Origin: Chthoniobacteraceae bacterium
GTDB lineage: Bacteria > Verrucomicrobiota > Verrucomicrobiia > Chthoniobacterales > Chthoniobacteraceae
Direction: 5' to 3'
Length of the DNA: 64,000 nt
Assembly (NCBI GenBank): GCA_040081625.1
Contig: JBEBGD010000010.1
Span: forward strand, 1 to 64,000
Shown here: positions 1-10,403 of the stretch, piece after piece
How the letters are laid out: each line of letters begins with the position of its first letter
Numbering within the stretch: the first letter of the stretch is position 1
Made by a program: the position numbers and the translations under genes
The notes under the pieces: generated by a model
What the model was told of the DNA's origin: nothing
The model's input: only the letters and a program-made list of their open reading frames with translations
Database searches by the model: none

Positions 1-1
1 C

Positions 2-3000
2 GCAGTCACCTCCGTCACCCAATCGCCCGCCATCGGCAGCGCGCGCAGCCCCGGCACGACCAGCGTCACGCTCACCGCGTTCGACGCGGCGGGGAACTCC
101 GCGAGCACGAACTTCGACGTGACCGTGACCGACGGCACCGCGCCCGCGATCAGCGGCACCTTCTCCCCGCTCACCCTCGCGACCGGCGTGGATGGCACCG
201 TCGCGCTGCCCGACTACACCGGCCAGGCGATCACCAGCGACAACGTCGCCGTCACCTCCGTCACCCAATCGCCCGCCATCGGCAGCGCGCGCAGCCCCGG
301 CATCACCAGCGTGACTCTGACCGCGTTCGACGCGGCGGGGAACTCGGCGAGCACGAACTTCGACGTGACCGTGACCGACGCCACCGCGCCGGTGCTCGTC
401 GGTCCGCTCGGCGGCTTTACTTCGCTGAATGTGAACACCGGCGGCGCGGGCACCGCCGCACTGCCGGACTACACGACGCAGGCGAGCGCGAGCGACAACG
501 TGGCGGTCGTCGGCGCGATCACGCAGTCGCCCGCTCCGGGCACCACTCACGCGGTCGGCTCCGTCGAGGTCACGCTCAGCGCCTCGGACGCCGCGGGAAA
601 TACGGGCACGCTCGCGATCATCGTGAATGTGAACGACGGCACGCTGCCGATCATCACCACACTGCCCGCCGATCGCACGCTCGCAGCCGGCCCCGCCGGC
701 ACCGTCGCGCTTCCCGATCTCACGGGTGAAGTCGCGGCCACCGACAATGTCGCCGTGACAGGCATCGCGCAGAACCCGACGGCCGGCACCGCGCTCGGCC
801 TCGGCATGAATAACATCACGATCACCGTGAGCGATGCGGCGGGGAATACCGCGAGCGGCATCGTTCACATCACGGTGACCGATCAGACCGTGCCCGTGGT
901 GAGCGCGCCCGGTGGCGGCTTCCTGCCCGTGGCCATCGCGACCGGTGTCGATGGAACCGTCGCTTTGCCCGACTACGCGGCGCAGGCGATCGCGACCGAT
1001 AACGTCGGCGTCGTCGGCGTCGTCACGCAGTCTCCGGCGGTGGGCAGTGCGCGGAGCGTCGGCACGACCGCGGTGACCTTGAGCGCCACCGATGCGGCCG
1101 GAAACGTGGGCACGCATTCCTTCAACGTGATCGTGACCGACGGCACCGCGCCGGAGATCGGCGGTCCCTTCACCCCGCTCACTCTCGCGACCGGCGCAGG
1201 CGGCACCGTGGCGCTGCCCGATTACACCGGCCAGGCCGTGACCGACGATAATGTCGCCGTGACCGAAGTGACGCAGGATCCCGCGCCCGGCACGATGCTG
1301 AGCGCCGGCATGACGAACGTGACGCTGACCGCGCTCGACGCCGCGGGGAACTCGGCGGAGACGACCTTCGCCGTGACGGTCGAGGACGCGACCGCGCCGA
1401 GCGTCAGCGGCACCTTCTCCCCGCTCACGATCACGACCGGCGCCGGTGGCACCGTGCCGCTGCCGGATTACACGAGCCAGCTCGAAAGCGCCGACAACGT
1501 CGCCGTGACCAGCTTCACTCAAAGCCCGGCGCCCGGGACCGCGCAGAACGCCGGGACCACGAGCGTGACGCTGACCGCCATCGATGCGGCGGAGAACACG
1601 AGCAGCACGAGCTTCGACGTGACCGTGCTCGACGGCACCGCGCCGGCGATCGGCGGCAGCTTCTCGCCGCTCTCGGTCCGCGAGCCCGCGACGCTGCCGG
1701 ACTACACTTCGCAGGCGAGCCGGTCCGACAATGTCGCGGTCACGAGCGTCACGCAGGCGCCCGCGCCCGGCACCTTCACCGTCGGCCCGGTGCTCGTGAC
1801 GCTGACCGCGCACGACGCCGCCGGCAACACGGCCACGACGAGCTTCAGCGTGACGATGATCCCGCTGCTGCCGCCGGTGCTGGCCGCGCTCGATCTCAAT
1901 GGAAGCGCGGTGCCGCGCACGGGCGTGGAGGGGAGCATCCCCGCCGGTGCGACGTGGAAAACCTTTGGCATCCCGTCGATCGATGAAGCCGGGCGCACCG
2001 CCTTCCGCGGCACCTGGGCGAAGGTCGCGACCAAGGGCACGGGCATTTTCGCCGGCGATCCCGCCGTGCAAGTGTGTGGCGTCGGCGACGTCGCGCCCGG
2101 CGCGAATGGGGCCGTCTTCACGCGGTTCGACGATCCGCTGCTCAACCGCGGCGGCAGCGTCGGCGGCGCGGTCGCCTTCTGCGGAACGCTCGCGAAGCCC
2201 GGCACGACCGAGATCACCACCGCAAACAACACCGGCATCTGGACCAACCTGAGCGGCAGCTTCGGCCTCGTCGCGCGCAAGGGCGCGGTTGCACCGGGCA
2301 CGGGCGGCGCGGTCTTTGCCGGCTTCAGTTCACTCACGATGGTCGGGGACGAGTTGCTCGTCATGGCGTCGCTCGTCCTGCCGACCAAAGCGGTGCCGGT
2401 CGCGCCCGGTGGCGTGACGAAGGTGAACGATGTCGGCGTGTGGCGCTGGACCGCGGGCAGCGGCGCGGAACTGATCCTGCGCGAAGGCCAGACCCTGCCG
2501 TCCGGCAAGATCGTGAGCGTCTTCCAGATGCTCGGCACCGTCTCGGTCACCTCCGGCCACGGACGCCATCACGCCGGCGCCGGCGTGTATGCCGCGCGCG
2601 TCACCTGCACCGACAAGACGATCGCGAACTACCTCATCGACGCGCAGGTGGGCGCGCCTGATTTCCTGCCGCTCGCTGAGACCGGGCAGGCACTTTTCAC
2701 CGGCCTCGTCGCCAGCAGCGTCGGCGTGCCGTCCGCGAATTCGTCGGGTGAAGCCGCCTTCCTCGAGACCTTCAAGACCGTGAAGAATGCCGTCGTCGCC
2801 GCGACCAACACTGCCATCCTCGCGTCGCGCGGCGGCGCATACGAAATCATCGCGCGCAAAGGTTCGATGGCCACGGCCACCGCGAAGTGGGCGATCTTCA
2901 GCGACCCGGTGATGAATGAAGGAGGCGACGTCGCGTGGGTCTGCACGCTCTCGGACACCGTGACCGTCGGCAGCACCGCCGTGGCGTGGAGTCCCGCGGG

Positions 3001-3376
3001 CGGCTCGGCGGAAATCGTCGCTCGCGCGGAAGGCGTGGCTCCGGAGACGGGCGGCGCCGTATTCGCATCGTTCAGTGCGCTCTCGCTGCCCGAAGCCGGG
3101 CCGCTGTTCACCGCGAACCTGCGGAAGACCGGCCCCGGCGGGGTCACCGCTGCGACCGACTCCGGCCTGTGGGGCATGGATACCTACGGCACGCTCCGGC
3201 TGCTGATGCGCAAGGGCCAGTCCCTCGCGGGCAAGAGGGTGAAAGCCTTCGCGGTGCTCGCCGCCGTCCCCGGCAGCCCCGGCCAGGCCCGCAGCTTCAA
3301 CGCGAACGGCGGGATCATCGTGCGCGTGACCTTCACCGACAACCTGCAGGCGCTCGTGACGATCACGATTCCGTAG
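2..3376 (+). CDS. Large surface/secreted protein, 5'-partial: tandem ~82-87 aa HYR/Ig-like repeats plus C-terminal NxxGxxAF-type beta-repeat region
   Basis: Frame is open from base 2 (AVTSVTQSPAIG...). Recurrent unit LPDYT..A.DNV.V..VTQ.PA.G....G...VTLTA.DAAGN......V.V.D occurs about 7 times. C-terminal repeats such as PSIDEAGRTAF, PSANSSGEAAF and PVMNEGGDVAW. Confidence 0.8.
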   Translation, partial: AVTSVTQSPAIGSARSPGTTSVTLTAFDAAGNSASTNFDVTVTDGTAPAISGTFSPLTLATGVDGTVALPDYTGQAITSDNVAVTSVTQSPAIGSARSPGITSVTLTAFDAAGNSASTNFDVTVTDATAPVLVGPLGGFTSLNVNTGGAGTAALPDYTTQASASDNVAVVGAITQSPAPGTTHAVGSVEVTLSASDAAGNTGTLAIIVNVNDGTLPIITTLPADRTLAAGPAGTVALPDLTGEVAATDNVAVTGIAQNPTAGTALGLGMNNITITVSDAAGNTASGIVHITVTDQTVPVVSAPGGGFLPVAIATGVDGTVALPDYAAQAIATDNVGVVGVVTQSPAVGSARSVGTTAVTLSATDAAGNVGTHSFNVIVTDGTAPEIGGPFTPLTLATGAGGTVALPDYTGQAVTDDNVAVTEVTQDPAPGTMLSAGMTNVTLTALDAAGNSAETTFAVTVEDATAPSVSGTFSPLTITTGAGGTVPLPDYTSQLESADNVAVTSFTQSPAPGTAQNAGTTSVTLTAIDAAENTSSTSFDVTVLDGTAPAIGGSFSPLSVREPATLPDYTSQASRSDNVAVTSVTQAPAPGTFTVGPVLVTLTAHDAAGNTATTSFSVTMIPLLPPVLAALDLNGSAVPRTGVEGSIPAGATWKTFGIPSIDEAGRTAFRGTWAKVATKGTGIFAGDPAVQVCGVGDVAPGANGAVFTRFDDPLLNRGGSVGGAVAFCGTLAKPGTTEITTANNTGIWTNLSGSFGLVARKGAVAPGTGGAVFAGFSSLTMVGDELLVMASLVLPTKAVPVAPGGVTKVNDVGVWRWTAGSGAELILREGQTLPSGKIVSVFQMLGTVSVTSGHGRHHAGAGVYAARVTCTDKTIANYLIDAQVGAPDFLPLAETGQALFTGLVASSVGVPSANSSGEAAFLETFKTVKNAVVAATNTAILASRGGAYEIIARKGSMATATAKWAIFSDPVMNEGGDVAWVCTLSDTVTVGSTAVAWSPAGGSAEIVARAEGVAPETGGAVFASFSALSLPEAGPLFTANLRKTGPGGVTAATDSGLWGMDTYGTLRLLMRKGQSLAGKRVKAFAVLAAVPGSPGQARSFNANGGIIVRVTFTDNLQALVTITIP
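5..380 (+). repeat. Near-identical intragenic tandem duplication, 246-bp period (82 codons)
   Basis: gtcacctccgtcacccaatcgcccgccatcggcagcgcgcgcagccccggca at 5 and 251, near-identity continuing through ...gcgagcacgaacttcgacgtgaccgtgaccgacg. Confidence 0.9.
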
Positions 3377-3382
3377 CCGGTG

Positions 3383-5944
3383 CTAGCCTTTCGTCGGCGT
3401 GAAGACCTGCAGTTCGTGGATCGACCAGTAGAGCCCTTTCACTGAGCCGGTCTGCGTCACGCGAATGAACTTCGCCTTCGCCGGCGCGAACTGAATCACC
3501 GTGTTCGCCGCGAGGCCCGCGCCCGTCGCGGCAGGCGGGCTCCATTTCTTTCCGTCAATCGAGAGTTCCACCGTGTAGCCGCGCGGGTAGTCGTTCGGAG
3601 ATTTCGCGGCGTCGAGTTCGAGGCCGTTGATGGTCGTCTCCGCGGGCAGTTCGATCTGCAGCCACATGCCCGGCACCTGCGTCGCCTTCGTCGTGTAGCG
3701 CGTGTCGGCCTTGCCATCGACGGCGAGCGCCGTGTCCTTCGGCGCGTGACTGGCGGTGAGCTTCCACGCCTTGCGATCGGCCAGCGGTCGCGGCAGCGCT
3801 GCGCGCACCTCCGCGATCGTCCACGGCTGCGTGCGGTCCTTCGACGCGGAGCGGATGCGCGCGATGTCCTGCGGCGAGACGAAGGTGGCGCGGTTGCCGA
3901 AGCTGTTGCGCACATAGCTGAGCACGCCGGCGATCCACGCGTCGTCGTTGTTCGCCATCGGGATCATCTGGCCCTCGTATTTCTTGCCGTCGATGTCCCC
4001 GACGAGGCCCTGCAACATCACGTGAGCGGCGCCGTCGCGCCAGCCGAGCACGGTCTTCGAGCCCGCGAGCGGCGGCGCGAGCATCGCGCCGGGCGCGGCG
4101 CCGAGCATCGGCATGCCCTTGCCATCGAGCCCGTGGCACGCGGCGCACAGCGTTTGGTAAATGTCCTGCCCGGCCTTGAAGAGCTTCGTCTCATCCCGGC
4201 TCATCGTGAACTTCGGCGCCGAGACCGCCGGCCGCAGGATCTGTCCGCCGATCTCCTTCACCGCGGGCATCGGGCTCGCCGCGACGAGCGCCTCGAGCGA
4301 CTTCTTCCATTCGGGAAACTCGAGCCGCTTCGCCGTGAGGATCGCCTGCACGACCACGTTCGCATCCGCGTCCTTCACCATCGCCTGCACGTCGGGCACG
4401 AGCGACTTGTCGTCCTTTTTGTAAAGCGTCTCGCCCACTCGGATCGCGGCGGCGCGGAGCTGCGGCTGCGCGTCCTTTAGCTTCTCCCGGACGAGTTCCG
4501 GCGTGAGCGCGTCGAGCCCTTCGAGCGTCCACAGCGCGTGCAGCCGCGCGAGCGGCTCCTTGTGCGAACGCGCCATCTCCATGAGCGCGGGCACGACGCT
4601 CGCGTCCTGTTTCAAGACGAGGAGCTTCTGCGCCGTGTCGCGCCACCAGCCGTTCGGATGCGCGAGATGCGCGACGAGTTGCGCGGGCGTCTGCGTGCTC
4701 ATCTTCGGCGCGGCTTCGCGCTTCGTCGTGTCGTGAACGAGCCGCCAGATGCGGCCCATGCCGACCGGCTTGTCGAGGCCATATTGGAGGATGATCTTGC
4801 GCAGGTAGCTGCCTTCGCGCGTCCAATTCCCCTCCTGGATGATGCCGCGATACATATCGACGACGTAGAGCGTGCCGTCGGGCGCATTGGCCATCTGCAT
4901 CGGGCGGAAGAGCGGATCGGTCGAGCGCAGGAACTCGCCCTCCTGGTGCGGATTGGAAAGATACGTGAGCCCGTCGCGCAACTCGATCTTCGTGCGCCGC
5001 ATCAAGCGCCCCACCGGCTCGCCGAAGAACAAGTCCCCGCGCACTTCCGCCGGCAGTCGGTCGCCGCGATAGATCTCGCCGCCAGATGTCGCCGTGAAGT
5101 GATTGAGCGTCTTGTCCTCCGGCCGGGAGCGCCGCTCGCCGCCCTGCACATCGGGGATGCCGACCAGCGGCCACACCACGTCGTAGCCCGGCGCGAACTG
5201 ATCCTTCACGTTGAACGCGCCATAGACGATCGGCGTCTGGAAATTCACCGGCCCCTTCTCGCCGCCCGCGTTCACGAACCACTGCTTGGCCCAGTCGTCC
5301 TGGCTCACGCCCCACTGCCCGCCGTTCGGCGCCGTCGGTTCCTTCAAAACCCCCGCCGGCGTCCAGCGCAGCCGATACGAATTGTAGGTCGTGTAGAGCC
5401 AGTTGTCGGTGCTCCAGATCAGCCCGCTCGGCTGGTGTTCCATGTTCCCGCCGCGCGGTCCGCCCTCGAACCACTTCTCCTTTTTCTCCGCGACCCCGTC
5501 GCCGTCGGCGTCGGTCCACAGGTTGATGTCGTTCGTGTCCGTCTCGCCGATCAAGGCCCGGCCACGCTCGAGCGGGAGCACCATGCGCGGCAGCAGCAGC
5601 TTGTCGGCGAAGACCGTGTGCTTGTCGTAGCGACCGTCGCCATCGGTGTCCTCGTGCAGCGACACGCGGCTGATCGGCTCGTGCTCGCCGGTGCCATTGA
5701 TGTCCTGCATGTAAGTGCGCATCTCGACGACGAACATCCGCCCGTCGCCATCGAACGAGATCGCGACCGGCTCGGCGATCTGCGGTTCGCTGAGCACGAG
5801 CTCGAGACGGTAGCCGGGAGGAAGCTGCGCTTTCTTCAAACTCTCCGCGGCGCTCAGCGGCTGCACCGGCGGCTGCGGCGGGAAGGCGGGGTCTTGCGCG
5901 AATGCGACGGCGGCCAGGACGGGCAGGAGGAGGAGACGGGGCAT
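3383..5944 (-). CDS. PVC-type membrane-bound dehydrogenase-like beta-propeller + HEAT repeats + cytochrome c + discoidin (F5/8 type C) domain
   Basis: Signal peptide; LPPGYRLELVLSEPQIAEPVAISFDGDGRMFVVEM; HPNGWWRDTAQKLL; CAACH heme motif; C-terminal WLQIELP...AKFIRVTQTG...WSIHELQVF. Confidence 0.85.
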   Translation of the reverse strand: MPRLLLLPVLAAVAFAQDPAFPPQPPVQPLSAAESLKKAQLPPGYRLELVLSEPQIAEPVAISFDGDGRMFVVEMRTYMQDINGTGEHEPISRVSLHEDTDGDGRYDKHTVFADKLLLPRMVLPLERGRALIGETDTNDINLWTDADGDGVAEKKEKWFEGGPRGGNMEHQPSGLIWSTDNWLYTTYNSYRLRWTPAGVLKEPTAPNGGQWGVSQDDWAKQWFVNAGGEKGPVNFQTPIVYGAFNVKDQFAPGYDVVWPLVGIPDVQGGERRSRPEDKTLNHFTATSGGEIYRGDRLPAEVRGDLFFGEPVGRLMRRTKIELRDGLTYLSNPHQEGEFLRSTDPLFRPMQMANAPDGTLYVVDMYRGIIQEGNWTREGSYLRKIILQYGLDKPVGMGRIWRLVHDTTKREAAPKMSTQTPAQLVAHLAHPNGWWRDTAQKLLVLKQDASVVPALMEMARSHKEPLARLHALWTLEGLDALTPELVREKLKDAQPQLRAAAIRVGETLYKKDDKSLVPDVQAMVKDADANVVVQAILTAKRLEFPEWKKSLEALVAASPMPAVKEIGGQILRPAVSAPKFTMSRDETKLFKAGQDIYQTLCAACHGLDGKGMPMLGAAPGAMLAPPLAGSKTVLGWRDGAAHVMLQGLVGDIDGKKYEGQMIPMANNDDAWIAGVLSYVRNSFGNRATFVSPQDIARIRSASKDRTQPWTIAEVRAALPRPLADRKAWKLTASHAPKDTALAVDGKADTRYTTKATQVPGMWLQIELPAETTINGLELDAAKSPNDYPRGYTVELSIDGKKWSPPAATGAGLAANTVIQFAPAKAKFIRVTQTGSVKGLYWSIHELQVFTPTKG

Positions 5945-5993
5945 GGCGGTGGAAAGGCCGGCGACCTTACGAAGCTTAGTCAGCCGCGCGCGA

Positions 5994-7166
5994 TCAATTC
6001 GCTGGCTTCGTAAAGCCGGATTCGAGCAGCCGCCAGCAGGTCAACAGCATCCGCGGCAGATGGAACGGACCCTTGAAAAGATTGCCCTTCGCGCGCTGCG
6101 AGAGGCTTCCGTCGCGGTGCAGCCAGCCGAACCACTCGCCGTGCTCCGCGTCGGGAAAATGCGCGAAGCTCCAGTCGTGGACGAGCCGGTGCCACTCCGC
6201 GAACTTCGCGTCGCCGGTCAGCTTCCACGCGAGCAGCGTCGCGATGATCGCCTCGCAGTGCGGCCACCAGAATTTCATGTCGTGCCAGTATTCCTGCACC
6301 GGCAGTCCGCGCAGGTCCGTGAAGTAGAGGATGCCGCCATGCTCCGCGTCCCAGCCGCGCGCCCACATCCACTCGAGGATCGTCGCGCCGAGCTTGATGA
6401 GCCGCGCATCCTGCCGCAGCGCGCCTTCGTGCATGATGAACCACGCGCACTCGATCGCGTGGCCGGGGTTGAGCGTGCGCCCTTCGGAATGAGCGAGCAC
6501 CTCGCCGCGCTCGCCGACGACTTCCATCAGCGCCTCGTGCTCCGGCTTGAAAAAGTCGCGCTCGATCGTCGTGATGCACTCGTCGATCCACTCGCTGCAC
6601 GTCCGCCCGCCGACGCTCACGTCGCCGAGATTCGCGCGCACTTCCTGCGCGGTGACGATCGCCATCATGAATCCCGCGAGCCCCCTGGTCGGTCGCGCGG
6701 ACTTCGCCGGCATCACGCCGGGCGTGAACGTGTGGCGCAGATACATCGCGAAAGTCTTCACCGCGTCGTCCGCCGCGCGCGCCTCGCCAGTCGCCTTCGC
6801 GAAAGCCGCGAACGCGATCGCGGCGAAGCACTCGCTGAAAACGTAGCGCCGCATCCGCAGCGGCGAGCCCTCGCGCGTCACGCTGAAATACATCTTCCCC
6901 TCCGGCGCGAAGCAGTGCCGCCGCGCGAACTCCACGCACGAGCGCGCCGCGTCGAGCCACTCGGCGCGCGGCTCGACCGTGTTGAAGAGCGTCGCAAACA
7001 TCCAGCCCGCGCGCCCCTGGAACCACACCGACTTGTCCGTATCGAGCACGCTCCCGTCGCGATCGAGCGAGGTGATGATCCCGCCGTGCTCGCGATCCAT
7101 CCCGTGCCGGAGCCAGAACGGAATCACATCGCCGAGAAGCGCGTCGCGATAAAACGCGGCGTTCAC
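5994..7166 (-). CDS. N-acylglucosamine 2-epimerase (AGE family)
   Basis: DKSVWFQGR, NPGHAIECAWF, MKFWWPHCE, KGPFHLPR. GTG start at 7166 overlaps the upstream TGA (GTGA). Confidence 0.9.
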   Translation of the reverse strand: MNAAFYRDALLGDVIPFWLRHGMDREHGGIITSLDRDGSVLDTDKSVWFQGRAGWMFATLFNTVEPRAEWLDAARSCVEFARRHCFAPEGKMYFSVTREGSPLRMRRYVFSECFAAIAFAAFAKATGEARAADDAVKTFAMYLRHTFTPGVMPAKSARPTRGLAGFMMAIVTAQEVRANLGDVSVGGRTCSEWIDECITTIERDFFKPEHEALMEVVGERGEVLAHSEGRTLNPGHAIECAWFIMHEGALRQDARLIKLGATILEWMWARGWDAEHGGILYFTDLRGLPVQEYWHDMKFWWPHCEAIIATLLAWKLTGDAKFAEWHRLVHDWSFAHFPDAEHGEWFGWLHRDGSLSQRAKGNLFKGPFHLPRMLLTCWRLLESGFTKPAN

Positions 7167-8419
7167 TTCTCGCCGGTCCCGAACGTCACTTCGCGCGCGA
7201 GCTTCTCGAGCCATGCGCGGCGATCCTTTTCCGGCACGTCGAGCGCGCGCGTCGTCGCATCGTGCTTCGGGTAGCCGCCGACCTCCTCCTGGCTGTCGAT
7301 GATCCGGCCGGCACCGGTGAGCGCCTCGCGCACGATCCGCGTGTCGATTTCATCCCGCTCCGCGGGTCGCGCGCCGACGAATCGCGCAACGTGCCACAGC
7401 GCGGCCGTCGTGCTCTTCGCCTCGAGCCCCACCGGCCAGACCGGCGGCTCCTTCAACGTCGGGAAGGGCACGCGCAGCTCCGGGATCGGCTGGCCGAGCC
7501 AGTTGAAACCTTCGTTGGCCTTGAAGTATCCATCCGCGACACCCTCGAACACCGCGGCCTGCTTCTTCGATTTCGCGCCGAGCAGCACGACGTTGCCGAC
7601 CACGGCGATTCGCGCCTTCGGCGCCGCCGCCTCCGCCGCCTCCGGCACGCTCGCGTGGATCGCGCGCTGCCCCGGATTGGCCATCACGTTGTTCACCACG
7701 ACGCCCGAGGTGTTGAGCTTGAAGACCGGATTCCGCTCGGTGTTGCTGAAGTAGAGATTCCCGACGAGCGCCACCTGCTGGGTGCCATCGAGCACGAGCG
7801 TTCCCTTCGAGTGTTCGCCCTTGCGATGCGTAGCCAGCGCGAGTCCTTCGGCGATGATGCAGTTGCGCACGAAGATCCGCCGCGCCGGTTCTCCCGTGGG
7901 CGACTTGTAGGTCGAGATCGAGAGATTCTCATCGATCGACCACGTCGCCGAACACTGGTCGATCCACACGTCCGCCGGCCCACCGCTGGTGGTGATGCCG
8001 TCGGGCTCCCAGCCGCTGCCTTTCGCCTGCCCGGCGTCGCCGGGTCGCACCCGCAGGTGCTGCACGACCACCCGATCCGTCTCGATGCTCAGCCCGCCGC
8101 GGATCAGCGTGATCCCGGGCGGCGGCGCCGTCTGGCCCGCGATGAACACATCGGGCTCGTGAATCTCGATGCCCTGGCGCTCGAGGTCGATCACGCCACC
8201 GATCTCGAAGACGATAACCCGCGGCCCTTTCACTTTGAGCGCATCGCGCAGCGTCCCCTTGCCCTTCACGCCGAGCGACGTGACCCGCACGACTTGAGCC
8301 GCATCGAGGTCGAAGCCGGGAGCGGGCACCACCGAGTCCTGCCATTTCCATTCCGCCGCGTGTGTGATCGGAACGGCACAGACGACGACGGATGCGAAGA
8401 ACGATCGAAAAGCTGTCAT
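7163..8419 (-). CDS. Pectate lyase-like (PL1-type beta-helix) secreted protein
   Basis: GTLRDALKVKGPRVIVFEIGGVIDL, IAGQTAPPPGITL, VWIDQCSATWSIDENLS, ERNP. ATG at 8419 overlaps the upstream TGA. Confidence 0.85.
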   Translation of the reverse strand: MTAFRSFFASVVVCAVPITHAAEWKWQDSVVPAPGFDLDAAQVVRVTSLGVKGKGTLRDALKVKGPRVIVFEIGGVIDLERQGIEIHEPDVFIAGQTAPPPGITLIRGGLSIETDRVVVQHLRVRPGDAGQAKGSGWEPDGITTSGGPADVWIDQCSATWSIDENLSISTYKSPTGEPARRIFVRNCIIAEGLALATHRKGEHSKGTLVLDGTQQVALVGNLYFSNTERNPVFKLNTSGVVVNNVMANPGQRAIHASVPEAAEAAAPKARIAVVGNVVLLGAKSKKQAAVFEGVADGYFKANEGFNWLGQPIPELRVPFPTLKEPPVWPVGLEAKSTTAALWHVARFVGARPAERDEIDTRIVREALTGAGRIIDSQEEVGGYPKHDATTRALDVPEKDRRAWLEKLAREVTFGTGEK

Positions 8420-9507
8420 GGCTCCGACGCTAAATGCGCTTGCACCACGGCGTCGAGCAGCGCGTCCCAATCCTCACGTATGGTGCTCCAGCCCGCGCTG
8501 AACCGCAGCGCACGCCCCGCTTCCCCGGGACTGAAGCCCATCGCGCTGAGCACGTGCGAAGGCTGCTCCTTGCCGCTCGCGCACGCGGAGCCTGTCGAGA
8601 CGGCGAAGCCAAGTTTGTCGAGCTTCACCACCCAGCGCTGCCGGCAGTCGCCCGTGTCCGGCATGATGACCGAGACGGTATTCCAAAGTCGCGGCGCGCC
8701 TTTGCCGAGCACGCGCACCTGCGGCAGTCGCTCGCGCAGGCGCGCGACAAAGTGATCGCGCAGGCTTTCGTCTGCGCGCGCCGACTCGCGCTCGGCGAGC
8801 GCGGCGATCATCGCGAGCACGCCGGGCACATTCTCCGTCCCCGCGCGCCGTCCGTCCTCCTGCGGCCCGCCGACGATCAGCGCGCGCGTGTCCGCCGGGC
8901 ACTTGAGGAAGCCCACGCCGGCCGGGCCGCCGAACTTGTGCGCGCACCCGCTCACGAAATCGCACGCGCCGAGTCCCGCCGCGGGCAGCTTCCCGATCCA
9001 CTGCGCCGCATCGCACAGCATCGGCACCCCGCGCTCGCGGCACCACGCGAGCACTTCGCGCCAAGGCTGGAGCACGCCGGTCTCGTTATTCGCCGCCATC
9101 ACCGCGACAGCTCCGATTTCATCCGCCGCCAATGCATCGACACGCACGACCCCGTCGCGATCCACGGGAATGAATCGGTGCCGCATCGCGAAGTGCCGCC
9201 GCGCGCCCTCGATCACGCACGGATGCTCCACCGCCGACACGAGCAGCGCGCCTTCCCGCGCCGCTGCGAGATGCGCGAGCGCCATGTTGTTCGATTCCGT
9301 CGCGCCGCTCGTCCACACGATCTCCTCCGCCGCGCAGCCGAGCCATCCCGCGAGCCGTTCACGCGCTTCGTTCAGCGCCCGGTCCGCGCGATCGCCGAGC
9401 CGGTGCGGGCTCGATGGATTGCCGATGAATCGCCCGGTCGCGTCCAGCCACGCCTCGCGCGCGGCGGGTGAAAGCGGATGCGTGGCGTTGTGATCGAAGT
9501 ATCGCAC
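8416..9507 (-). CDS. Cysteine desulfurase (IscS/NifS family, class V PLP enzyme)
   Basis: YFDHNAT, GNPSSPH, TSGATESNN, ANNETGVLQP, AHKFGGP (PLP Lys), RAGTENV, STGSACASG (catalytic Cys). Confidence 0.92.
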   Translation of the reverse strand: MRYFDHNATHPLSPAAREAWLDATGRFIGNPSSPHRLGDRADRALNEARERLAGWLGCAAEEIVWTSGATESNNMALAHLAAAREGALLVSAVEHPCVIEGARRHFAMRHRFIPVDRDGVVRVDALAADEIGAVAVMAANNETGVLQPWREVLAWCRERGVPMLCDAAQWIGKLPAAGLGACDFVSGCAHKFGGPAGVGFLKCPADTRALIVGGPQEDGRRAGTENVPGVLAMIAALAERESARADESLRDHFVARLRERLPQVRVLGKGAPRLWNTVSVIMPDTGDCRQRWVVKLDKLGFAVSTGSACASGKEQPSHVLSAMGFSPGEAGRALRFSAGWSTIREDWDALLDAVVQAHLASEP

Positions 9508-9611
9508 GGCGCTACCTTCTGCACGCCGCAGCCGCCAAGGCGAGCGCGGCCTTCGGTCCGCAGCGAATCCCCGTTGATTCGTGCGCCATTCGTGGCCTAC
9601 GGGGCGGGGTG

Positions 9612-10403
9612 ATGACCCGCCTCCTCCGCCTCTTGCTCGTCTGCGTGTGCGCGTTCGCGCCACAAGCACGTGCGGTCATCATCACGCTCAATCCGAGCGC
9701 GGACGCCTTCGTCACGACCGGCCCGACGAACGATTTGATCGGTAATAATTATGGCGGCGGCGGCGGGCTGGCAGTGTCGGCGGCGGGCCTGCCGAAGGGC
9801 GAGTTCCAGAGCCTAGCGCGCTTCGATGTTTCGTCGGCGGTCAGTTCGTTCAACACGACCTTCGGCCCCGGCCAGTGGATGATCGACGGCATCACGCTGA
9901 CGCTAACCGCAAATCCGCCGAACAACGCCATCTTCAACGGCAACGGCGCGGGCGCCGGCGGCAGCAATGTGAACTTCGCGGGGCAGTTCGCGATCGGCTG
10001 GATGCAGAACGACGGATGGACGGAGGGGATCGGGACGCCGGCTGCTCCCGGAGCGAGCGGCATCACCTTCGCGACGCTGAACAGCTTTCTCGGCGCGGGT
10101 GACGCGGCGCTCGGCACGTTCGGCTTTGGCGGCGCGACGACTGGCGCAGACACTTGGTCGCTCGCGCTCGCGCCCGCTCTCACCGCCGATGTGGCGGTCG
10201 GTGGCGAGGTGAGCTTTCGCTTCTTCGCTGCCGACACGGCTGTGAGTTACATCTTCAATTCGCGCTCGGTCGCCACCGTGTCCTCGCGTCCGGCGCTGAA
10301 CATCAGCGCCGTGGCCGTGCCGGAGCCGGGCGCCGCGACGCTGCTTGCCTTGGGTGCGGTCATCGTGGCTAGTCGGCGCCTGCCGCATGCGCGCAAGACC
10401 TGA
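9612..10403 (+). CDS. PEP-CTERM sorting-domain protein with DNRLRE-like domain
   Basis: Signal peptide; SADAFV...NNYG...SLARFD...RPALNI; C-terminal VPEPG + hydrophobic stretch + RR. Confidence 0.85.
   Translation: MTRLLRLLLVCVCAFAPQARAVIITLNPSADAFVTTGPTNDLIGNNYGGGGGLAVSAAGLPKGEFQSLARFDVSSAVSSFNTTFGPGQWMIDGITLTLTANPPNNAIFNGNGAGAGGSNVNFAGQFAIGWMQNDGWTEGIGTPAAPGASGITFATLNSFLGAGDAALGTFGFGGATTGADTWSLALAPALTADVAVGGEVSFRFFAADTAVSYIFNSRSVATVSSRPALNISAVAVPEPGAATLLALGAVIVASRRLPHARKT

Noticed and set aside
9541..9600. Moco/tungsten riboswitch upstream of the TupA-like operon
   Set aside because: Only two small hairpins (one with a UUCG loop) and no recognisable consensus. An Infernal/Rfam scan would be needed.
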